Below are positions 13,601 to 23,124 of a stretch of DNA of 64,000 bases, in pieces; within the stretch, counting starts at the first letter, position 1; every line of letters begins with the position of its first letter. Position numbers and translations under genes: made by a program. Source of the DNA: Antedon mediterranea (taxonomy: Eukaryota > Animalia > Echinodermata); NCBI RefSeq assembly GCF_964355755.1, contig NC_092672.1, forward strand, positions 30,076,437 through 30,140,436, written 5' to 3'. Below the pieces are notes generated by a model, which did no database searches, was not told where the DNA came from, and saw nothing but the letters and a program-made list of their open reading frames with translations.

Positions 13601-14548
13601 ACTTACAATCTTATTGTCTTTATTCATTGTTTACGATTTTATTTTAACAGATACCCAAGTATCAACTACATATTGATGTCTTTAGAAAAGGTATTTTTAA
13701 GTAAATTTCAACGTCAACATTTTAAAGAGTACAGGTAAGACCTTTTTTTTGGTGTACCATATTTGTTTAAATAAACTTTTGGTGTACCATACTTGTTTAA
13801 TAACCTTTTTAAGTGTATCATACTTGTTTAAAGACCCTGTTGGTGTACCATACTTGTTTAAAGACCCTTTTGGTGTTCCATACTTGTTTAATAACCTTTT
13901 AAGTGTATCATACTTGTTTAAAGACCCTTTTGGTGTTCCATACTTGTTTAATAACCTTTTAAGTGTATCATACTTGTTTAAAGACCCTTTTGGTGTTTCA
14001 TACTTGTTTAATAACCTTTTAAGTGTATCATACTTGTTTAAAGACCCTTTTGGTGTTCCATACTTGTTTAATAACCTTTTAAGTGTATCATACTTGTTTA
14101 AAGACCCTGTTGGTGTTCCATACTTGTTTAATAACCTTTTAAGTGTATCATACTTGTTTAAAGACGCTGTTGGTGTACCATACTTGTTTAAAGACCTTTT
14201 TTATGTATCATATATTGTACGGATATCGTACTCAACGTACGACAGATTACTCTGCACATGTGTCAGGCTTACGAACAGTGTTTTAATCATCAAGTTAGTA
14301 TTTAGGGCATAAAATTTAAACAAATTAAAATCTAGGTATAATTGAAATAATGAGTGTTTGATTATCTCTCTATTAGACATATGATGATAGGACCCACGTT
14401 ACAGAAAGCTTACAGCGGAATAGTGTTTGCTCCTCTCTCAGATGCATTAGAACGAGAACAGACTGATATTGTAGAAAACACAATCCTGGAAATCATCTCA
14501 GCATTGAATCAAGCATCTCAGCTCTTGTCTTTCTCAAACCTGCCTTGA
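4611..14548 (+). CDS. Peptidase M28B family (glutamate carboxypeptidase II/NAALADase/transferrin-receptor-like) type II membrane protein, predicted catalytically inactive, about 781 aa
   Basis: 15 phase-consistent GT-AG coding exons: 4611-5005, 5748-5885, 6086-6185, 6324-6452, 7120-7324, 7727-7814, 8291-8472, 9923-10045, 10481-10695, 11279-11367, 11649-11739, 12214-12454, 13215-13308, 13651-13734, 14377-14548 (2346 nt). Cytoplasmic tail, then TM ILLAGFTIFLIFCFGFIFGYLV, PA domain (FVNYGRHKDY, ARMGK, FADPTDY, GDPFSPGF), M28 domain (YVIIGGHRDS, WKPYRSIMLVSWD, GSTEWVEEN, AYINLD, GSGSDD) and TfR-dimerisation-type C-terminus (LMSLEKVFL, YRHMMIGP). An acceptor at 4551-4552 implies an upstream non-coding exon. 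Confidence 0.92.
6473..6670. mobile_element. MITE in intron 4 of the M28B gene
   Basis: Inverted ends AGGCCAACTCAGAT / ATCTGAGTTGGCTT, with internal inverted TCGTATGATGAG / CTCGTCGTACGA segments. Confidence 0.65.
8513..8621. mobile_element. Harbinger/Tourist-like MITE family A (representative copy; about 12 copies in the window)
   Basis: TIR AGCTCTGTCTACACTAT / ATAGTGTAGACAGAGCT with TTA TSD and core GATGTGCCCATATATGGACATGATGATGT. Other copies at about 11094-11231, 15720-15812, 17675-17816, 20450-20531, 23766-23921, 35690-35763, 36182-36328, 38619-38746, 42469-42555, 49312-49470 and 60665-60810. Confidence 0.85.
8941..9813. mobile_element. Non-autonomous TIR element (about 870 bp) in intron 7, superfamily unassigned
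   Basis: Perfect terminal inverted repeat CAATAGAGAGAAATGGCGAACCG / CGGTTCGCCATTTCTCTCTATTG. A second internal inverted pair CCGAGTGGGTATA / TATACCCACTCGG. No direct-repeat TSD is visible. Confidence 0.75.
10756..11046 (+). mobile_element. tRNA-derived SINE
   Basis: Pol III A-box-like TGGCCTGATGG and B-box-like GGGTTCAAGTCC, followed by a body and an (AAAAT/AAAT)n tail at about 11001-11046. A similar head occurs at about 43075-43150. Confidence 0.65.
11841..12180. repeat. Intronic minisatellite, about 39-40 bp unit, about 8 degenerate copies
   Basis: Unit approximately GTGCTGATAATTTTACAGTAGGGGATCCTCTTCTAGT, repeated up to just before exon 12. Confidence 0.85.
12487..12866. repeat. Intronic minisatellite, 15-17 bp unit (TATTAAGGGACACCYC), more than 20 copies
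   Basis: Directly visible tandem array starting about 30 bp after the exon 12 donor. Confidence 0.9.
13741..14212. repeat. Intronic minisatellite, 21-bp monomers in a 42-bp higher-order unit
   Basis: Alternating CATACTTGTTTAAAGACCCTTTTGGTGTTC and CATACTTGTTTAATAACCTTTTAAGTGTAT segments; this produces the spurious 187-aa ORF. Confidence 0.9.
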
Positions 14549-17500
14549 AGGGGACTAGCAATGGGGGCTTAATGAATGTCTAGCAAAGGGGCTTAGTGAA
14601 GGGGCCTAGCGTCTATGCTTGGTACTGCATTATGAAATTCATCATACAGGAAGATATTTAAGAAACATGAATGATATGATGTAGAGGTATGATTTGTTTA
14701 GGATTGTATACTTCAAAAGTTAATAAGGATTTTCGTTGATTTTTACAAAATATTATGACAAAAAAAAATTAATCTTTAGGTTCTGTTGGAGTTTGTTTGT
14801 TATAAGTTGCGAAAAGAATAATAATGTGCAATTGGTTATTTATTATTCATTATGCAAATGTTTATAACAAAATGAGACGCTCATGTGGCAATTGACGTAC
14901 GCTACATAGAGTGTTCGCGCTCCACAGAAGCGGTAATACAGGTGAATAAAATATACACGCTTATGTCAACAACGGGTACACCAATCTAAATACCTGTGTA
15001 AAGCGTGTGTACGCGATCTTCTATAGCATGGTTCAATTGCAGACTATTGCATCCCATCGGTTATATAGTTCTGATATCGTCTAGAAATTCACATGAACTA
15101 CTGTAAAATATGATACGCAGAAATAATGATTTAAAGTCAAATTTGAAATGAAAACAATTTTGCGAGGTATTCACTACCGTACTACAAAGAAAAGGTCCAG
15201 TCAAAGAAATATTGTAATAGCAGCTGCCTGATAAAACTGTTTTTTAGTGAGGGATGTATACATATTTATTCAGTAAAAAATTTGATCGAAGATGATTTTT
15301 TCAATTTGCATTTATGGAGCAGTCGAAAAAAAAGTATTGTAATAGCAGCTGCCAAAAACTGATTGCAATATGTCTGTGATGGATGTACAATGGATGGAAC
15401 ATATACCACACTAGTTCAGTTTAAATTTGAAAATTCAAGTTGATTTTTGCTTTTTGCAATAGCAGCTGTCTAAGACTGATAAAACGCAGCTGCCAAAACT
15501 GATAACTGCTTGCAATACTGTGTGTCCATGATGGTTGTAAGAAGTTTAGAACATGTGCCGCACTGGTTCAAGCTAAATTTAAAACAGTTATATAAAAAAT
15601 TTGATGCGATTTTCGTAATGTACATGTGATAAATGTTTAAAAAAAACTACAGCGACAGACTTTATGATGAAATATTCAATTTGTTTATTTTTATATTTTC
15701 AATATGCTAACTAAATTAGATATACCAAAGGTGTCATGTGCCCAAAATGGTAGTCATTTGTTCATATCACTTTTTTTTTTGTTACATAAAGTTTGATAGT
15801 GTGAAAGAGCTTTAGACATTCATACTAAAATCGATTGTTATGTGTTGCTGCATGCTTACTGACATTACGCAATGAAGATGTGTAATATTCAACAGAAGGC
15901 AGGGTTTTAGTTTTAAATTTGTTTACATGCGTGACACGCTATTACACAGCTATTGAATCATTCTGTGCATACTACATGTTTGAAAGTGTGTACACAGAAT
16001 GACTTTTTGACTCACCGGTTGAATTGTCATTAAAAGAAAGAAATATTATGTCTATAGTGTCAGAATAGACAGTAGTAGTTAATATTATAATTTAAATTAT
16101 GGTTATTATTGACACATTATTATTATTATTATTCATTTTTCACTATTATTTACCCTACGAAGATACTGTATAAAAGTAATAAATATTACTATATAAACAA
16201 CAAATAATGTGGTAAGTCAGGACTACACAGAACAAACATTGATATTATTTTTAAGCTTGTTAAATTTTCATAAAACATGATACAATTATTAGTAATAACC
16301 TTTTATTATTTAAGCAAATAATTAATGGAATACATTAATTTTCACTCGAGTACATCATGCCTAAAAGGCCTCAATGCTATGTACTAAAAAAGAAATATTC
16401 AGTTTGTTCATTTTTATATTTTCAATATGCTAACTAATTTAAATATACCAAGGGTTATGTCAAACAGCTATTCCACTCAGGGTTTTTGGACTAAACTTCA
16501 TTTTTTATTAATTACAGTTTTATTCACAACATACTGTATGAAAATATTATCATGTCATATTGGTATTTTTAATATGTTTCTATATTATCTTTTACTTCTA
16601 TGAAAAAATCTATAAAGGTATTTCATAAAATGTAGTTATTGCCATTTTTTATATTTATAACACTTGCTTTTTTAAGTCTTTAATTGTTTTAGATTTTTGA
16701 CTTTTTTGAGTTATTTATTTATTCTCTATTAATAATATTCATAATATTTATATAAAAAAACACAAACCTAGGGCGGATTGCAATAAAAAGGTAATGATCA
16801 CCTGGTTTTAGCCGAGACTTTGTAATGTGTTTATACCTACAATAATACACATAAGTAGTGTAATACATGAATAAATAAATATATTTATGTATATATGTAC
16901 ATGAATGGAATACTTAACGTATAATCTTATAATAAAAATAAGGGAGGAGTTAGAATAGGGAGCTTGCGATTTACGACGACTGTGGAACTAGGAACAAGGT
17001 CATGTCAATTTATGTGTCGTCAGTCGCCGTCTGGACCTAGAAACCAACAAAACTCTAGTCGAGGTGGAGCGAGAGGAAGTGCTTCCTAAATTCCCTGCAT
17101 TCGTACAATGAAATGACATAACTTGTTAGGTTGCCAATTGTCGCACCAAAAGCTTTCTAATAATTAACTTGTGAACAAAATAATTGAAATTTCTTTTATT
17201 TACTTTTTTAATATAGTTACATGACTATGATATTGTAATGTACTTTGGCTGTAGACTTTCATGAAATCCCAAGTCAGGCTTAAGCCCTTATCCTTATATT
17301 GCAATCCGTCCCTGAACATGTTACAAAATAAGGGTGCTTACATTTTTTTCCTTTCATTACCGTTTTAATTTGTAATATAAATATTGAGGTGTTTTGTTGT
17401 TGTTTTTTTTTTCAAAATTTGTAAATATTGTAAATACAGATTTCTATACTGCCTACAGAAAATAAGTGTTTGCAGAATTTTAAATTTTGTTCTAATATGG

Positions 17501-18336
17501 TTTAAAAATTGTGTTTTTACATGTTAAACAAGAGCTTTCTTTTTAATAATTTATTGCTTACAAATAAGAACCTTGGCACCCGCAGGGGTCTGGTTATGTA
17601 CAAAATTATAAAATGAATTGCTTTCAATCAAGTGGTTAAAAATGTTAAGTATTCATTTGAATGTTATCTTGTTAAGCTCTATCTACACTGTCAAACAAGT
17701 TTGAAAAGTGTTATGTGCCCAAATGATGGTAGTGATATGCCCAAATATGGTAGTGATGTGATGTCATCATGTCCATATATGGGCACATCAAATTTTTTGA
17801 TAATGTAGACAGAGCTTTAATTAGAAACTTACTATTTAAGATAAAGTGACTAATAGTGTTAATTTGTTACCATAATCATTTTGCCAAATTCGAAAAGGTT
17901 TACTTTCTTTAACAATTTAAAGTTTTCTTTTCTTTTTAATTGGAGAATAACAAATCCAATAATGGATTCTATATTTATCGACTGAAATATTTGTACAAGT
18001 TTGTATGCTGCTCTTCCATAGGTTAAAAACATTGTTTGCAGTTCTTGCAGGGTGTTGTTGTTGAAGTTTTAATGTTTTGCTGTGTTGCAATTTTTCTATG
18101 CTGCGTGTATTTTAAGGCAACTGATTTTTTGTTTTTATTGTCTAGTTTTAGTTTACTTGATTGATACATGATTGGTATCACGTCTAGCGATGTTAAACAT
18201 CCTGCTGTATCGTGTCTTCTGACTGCTACCTTCATCCCATGGGATACTGTAGTATAGTAAGAGATTATTTAGAAGGTTGTATAAGTTAAAATTTAGGAGT
18301 ATGCCAACAGCAGACACGATTACAAAAGGATGTTTA

Positions 18337-18515
18337 AGCGTGGTTCCCACTAGCGACGCAACGCAAGGACGTAACGCAACGCAAGTAAATTGACCAATCA
18401 CAAGCGATGGCTTATTTGATTGTGATTGCTAACTGTCTATAACTTCGCTTGTCATTGGTCAACACACTTACGTTGCGTTTACGTCCTTGCGTTACATTCT
18501 AGTGGGAACCAAGCT
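18337..18515. mobile_element. Harbinger-like MITE family B
   Basis: TIR AGCGTGGTTCCCACTAG / CTAGTGGGAACCAAGCT with TTA TSD and internal ACGCAACGCAAG / CTTGCGTT repeats. Other copies at 31832-31978, 37162-37315 and 46154-46518, with partial copies near 42040 and 58040. Confidence 0.85.
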
Positions 18516-19036
18516 TTAATGTTGCTGGACATCATACCGTACAAGAATCGGCTGTTTAGTTTTGCCATCAAATTATTAGTATATAAACATTTTATTTTAG
18601 AGGTATAGTTCATGTATATGAGAAAGATAATATAACATAAATTATGCAGTTGAATTTAGATTTGGTACGACGAGTTTATGCGGGTACTGTACTGTGATCA
18701 TTTCAGGATATAAACTAATGTGCTAAAAAACCTAAAAGTTTGTGGAAAAAGTTTAATGGGTGTCTGGAGTACTCAGGTTGGTGGTTGGTATAGTAGTGTT
18801 TAAAAAAACATAGAAAATGCATCGAGGTCAATGTTTACTATTTAGGTCAAAGTTTGATGTTGGTATATAATATTATTTGTAAATCTGTAAATTGTAAAAT
18901 ATGGTTGTGGACTAAAGTATTAGATAAAGCATAGGCCATAGCTACCAGTATGGTTAGTCCAGTATACTAGAAAAACACTAATGTTGTAATAATAATAATA
19001 ATTAATATATTTATATATAAGCATCCAAAGACAAAT

Positions 19037-19241
19037 TACTGAAAAAAATACTGTGGGTATCAGTGGCTGGATCTCAATGAAGATATTAACTGAAATAAGC
19101 AACTGAAAAAAATGACAATGCTGTGGGTATCAGTGGCTGGATCTCAATGGAGATATTAACTGAAATAAGCAACTGAAAAAATGACTATGCTGTAGTTATC
19201 AGTGGCTGGATCTCAATGGAGATAACAACTAAAATAAGCAA
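19037..19241. repeat. Tandem repeat, about 70-bp unit, about 3 copies
   Basis: CTGTGGGTATCAGTGGCTGGATCTCAATG...CTGAAATAAGCAA at 19051, 19121 and about 19189. Confidence 0.9.
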
Positions 19242-21306
19242 AAAGCTAAAACAGAATGTAAATTGCAGAGTTTCCGAGAAACACCAGCCCTTCAGCGTAT
19301 ATATATATATAAAATTAAAAAATTTGAATAACTTGTATGTAAAGTTTTTAGAAATTCAAAAGATGCGCCTCCTCTAGGAATGCACTTCTAAACCGCCGTA
19401 CTACTGGTAGCTACGGCCGTGTAAAGTATCTCGGCTTTCTTTATAATTATATATTCTACTTTTGACATTAGATATTCATTTAATTCATATAATCTCTGGT
19501 CCATAGAAAGTAACATTACGTACATAAAAATTATTTTAAAAAAATATACTGTACTGACTATTTAAAATAAGACGCGCTCTCAGGTCAGGATGGTACTTCC
19601 CCTGGAGAGCATCTTTGACTCATACAAGACATGTGTACCTTATTCACATCTTAAACAATTGATATTAAAATACAATTTACCAAACTTTTTTTTCATAAAT
19701 TTTACACAGTGGTCTGTAAACAAGGGTCCAGTCCATAAATGCTTTACCTCTTTTGATACTGTAGTGCAAATATTTGATTACTGTACAATGTGGTTATAAA
19801 AGGTAAATCTTATATATGTATGTTGGCATACATAGGGACTTTTTATTTCACTAAACACGGCAAATCGTGTTATCGTATGTTATTTTACGGGTAATTGAAA
19901 ATCTTATTACAGTTCTTTATTGGTCGATTTAATTTCCCAATAGAACCTATTATATGAAATGTAAATAGAATGGCACATACCTGTATAAATGAGAACGTAG
20001 TATTGTAAAACCAGTGCATAACATCAAGTGTAAATAAAGAACTTGTATAGAGTTACTAAATACTCAAACACAGTAGTATTTCCTTATGTACTGTATGCCT
20101 AAAAAAAGTAAGATGTTAATTAAGATGTAAAACTACTTTCATATTCGCCCTAAAAATACATCAATGTTTGTTTTTGAGGGGAGGAATGGTTCTCAATCTA
20201 GTTTAATACTTCTTAAAACCGTATATATTTAGATCATTGTGTGTTGCTTTTACATCATTGGCATCTCTATGTTGCTTAGGGATCAGGGCAAAGTTTTTCT
20301 ACTGCAGTAAATGCAGTGACTACATTTTTTAATGCTTAGTTTGTCTCAATGTAGAAGATTTTAAGTCAGTCAATAAAATAAAAAGTGCATGATTTACCCC
20401 AAAAAGACAAGTAGTAAAATGTAGTAACTGCAGTAGAAAAAGTTTGGCTGTGATAATATGACATCATCATGTCCATATATGGGCACATCACATTTTTTTG
20501 TCCCATAAAGTTTGATAGTGTATACAGAGCTAAAGTGGTGGAGACTGCATGTCCAGCCAACCAAACATTGTAGTGTAAAGATACATTATGCAGTAGGTGA
20601 CGCAGATATCACTTAGGAAATTCAATATCTTGTTGTATACCATCCTAATATTTCCTGATTCACCGTTAATGTGTATTGCTTAGTACCAATATATTATTGT
20701 GATTAAATGTATTAACCAATCATTTCTTTTTTTATTAGTATTTCAATGGTAATGATATGTTATATATGGTATTATTGTGAATTCCCAGAAAATCTTAAAA
20801 TTTATATTTTGTTTGATCTGATATAATTATGTTCAATAAATTTTGGAATTATTTAAGCTATTATCTGCTTATATGTGTTTATTATTGTACTGTATGGTGT
20901 ACATAGGCAATGGTATGCACTATGCACTAGTGGTCCACATCCTTTTTTTTTTTTTTTACAGCAGGGATGGATGGTCCCCTCACATTTGAATGGTAAACCC
21001 ATTGTATAAAATAGCTTTATATTGTTGGAAACCCTGTTTTGTTTTGTAGTGTTTTTATTTTATTTGTTTTGCTTCTCAGATGCCTGTGTCCCCTAATATT
21101 TAAAATATAAATGTACATAAATGTCTAGTATCTTGAAGATTAGAACTGGATATAAGCTTATTAATTTGACCTTTCTGTCTGCAAAAACATCTTCCTTGAG
21201 ATCAATATATCGCCCGCTTTACCAACATGGCTTAGTAATAGTTCAACACAAGCCTAGCCTAGATTCGTATGCAGCGCATGTTCATTGCTGACTAGCTATC
21301 TAGGCT

Positions 21307-23124
21307 CATAGTTGCCATTTCTGGCATTATTATGCTTTTTGGCATTATTTGGAGGCCCACGGCATCTGGCATAATGCCGCGGCATTATTTAGCCGTTTTT
21401 AGCATAATCTGGCATAATTTTGTGTTTTTTGAACAACCAAAAAAATAATATACCACAGAACAAAAATAAAATATTTTGTTTATAAATCTTGCAATTTAAT
21501 ACATGTTATCACCTTATACAATATCATATCGTACACAAAACAGATCTGTTCGGGTTTTCCGTACAATAGTCCTTCCATCCTTTCGTTTCGGACTTAATCG
21601 ACTCTTCGGATAGGAAGGCTGCTCAAAAACTACCGTGTGTGCGGCGATATAAGGCAGTACAAAAAATCCGAAGAGGCTGAGCTATTTGGCCAATTATTGC
21701 TCTATTTCAGAGTTCATGCAGGTTATTGGATCCCCATGGGTGTAGAGACAATTGAACGAAAACATTATGAAAGGGGTTTTGCTTTTTCAGTTCATAATTA
21801 TAATATAAGCGGCCGCATCCCTACCCCAACCCTTAAAATGGCAATTTCCGGTAACTTAGAAGCTCTAATTTTAAAAAGAATTTCTTCTAGAGAATTTGTT
21901 TTCCATATTTCAAATTATATTCCATTTGCATCGTCGTAGCAATCCTATTTTCCCAAATGTTCTTCACCTCTCAGCCCCAGTAGTGACCATAGTGGGCGAG
22001 GTAATTTTTATTTCTAATTAAGTGCCATTACCGTCCATTGAGCAGCTCTATTTTTCCAAATTTAGAGACACTTATACATTTTTATTTCCTATTTTAAATT
22101 ATAATTGCCATTTTCGAACTATGTGGTGGGCTAAGATCCTGGGGTACTAATAAATATATTTTTATTTCATATTTGAAATTAAGTGTCATTTCCGGCCATC
22201 GAGCAGCTCTATTTTTCCAAATTTTTTTACCTCAGCCCCAACCGTGGTGGGGCTGAGGTCCTGGAGACCCTTAATATATATTTGGATTTCCTATTTTCAA
22301 TTATAATTGCCATTTTCGAACTATGGTGGGCTAAGATCCTAGAGGTACTAATAAATATATTTTTATTTCATATTTGAAATTAAGTGCCATTTCCGGCCAT
22401 CGAGCAGCTCTATGTTCCAAATTTTCGTACCTCAGCCCCACGGTCGGGCTGAGGTCCTGGAGACACTTAATATATATTTTGATTTCCTATTTTCAATTAT
22501 AATTGCCATTTTCGAACTATGGTGAGCTAAGATCCTGGAGACACTAATAAATATATTTTTATTTCATATTTTAAATTTAGTGGCATTTCCGGCCATCAGC
22601 ATTTTTCCAAATTTTCTTATATAAACCATGGTGGGGCTGAGGTCCTGGAGACACTTAATATATATTTTTATTTCCTATTTTAAATTATAATTGCCATTTT
22701 ATAATTATGGTGGGCTAAGATCCTTTCATATTTGAAATTAAGTGCAAAGATCGAGCAGCTCTCATACTTCAGCTCAAAAATTTTAAATTTCCATGGCTGT
22801 AACAGGTTTTTTTTTGGGAGGTGGGGGGGGGGGGGCGTGGATTGGTGTTGGTGTCATTTTCAATTACCATTTTCGCACCCCATATATTTTTAGAATTATT
22901 AGTTATTACTCACAAAACTAAAAATATAAATTTTTGAACGACATAGGGATACAATTTTAGGCTCTATTTTGTGTCAGTTGGGGTTCTACAAACGTTTATT
23001 AGACATACAACCGTTGGTGGCGCTGTTTAGGGCCACATTTTGGGGATCTGGCATTATTTTTCCCAATCTGGCATTTTTTGAGACAGGATCCGGCATAATT
23101 TAAATTTTGTCGCTGGCAACGCTG
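21307..23124. mobile_element. Non-autonomous hAT-like (or P-like) DNA transposon, about 1.8 kb, with an internal tandem array
   Basis: Ends CATAGTTGCCA / TGGCAACGCTG. Perfect 8-bp TSD TCTAGGCT (21299-21306, 23125-23132). GGCATTA/GGCATAA subterminal repeats at both ends. Internal array of roughly 200-bp units at about 21945-22770. Confidence 0.85.

Noticed and set aside
13749-14312. 187-aa repetitive ORF (YLFKDPFGVPYLFNNLLSVS)n
   Set aside because: It is a by-product of a 21/42-bp intronic minisatellite, has a non-ATG start, and read-through from exon 14 stops immediately (AGG TAA).
22816-22836. Functional G-quadruplexes at poly-G/C runs (also about 9482, 24471, 25923, 37813)
   Set aside because: They are simple homopolymer runs, some inside transposons, with no evidence of function.
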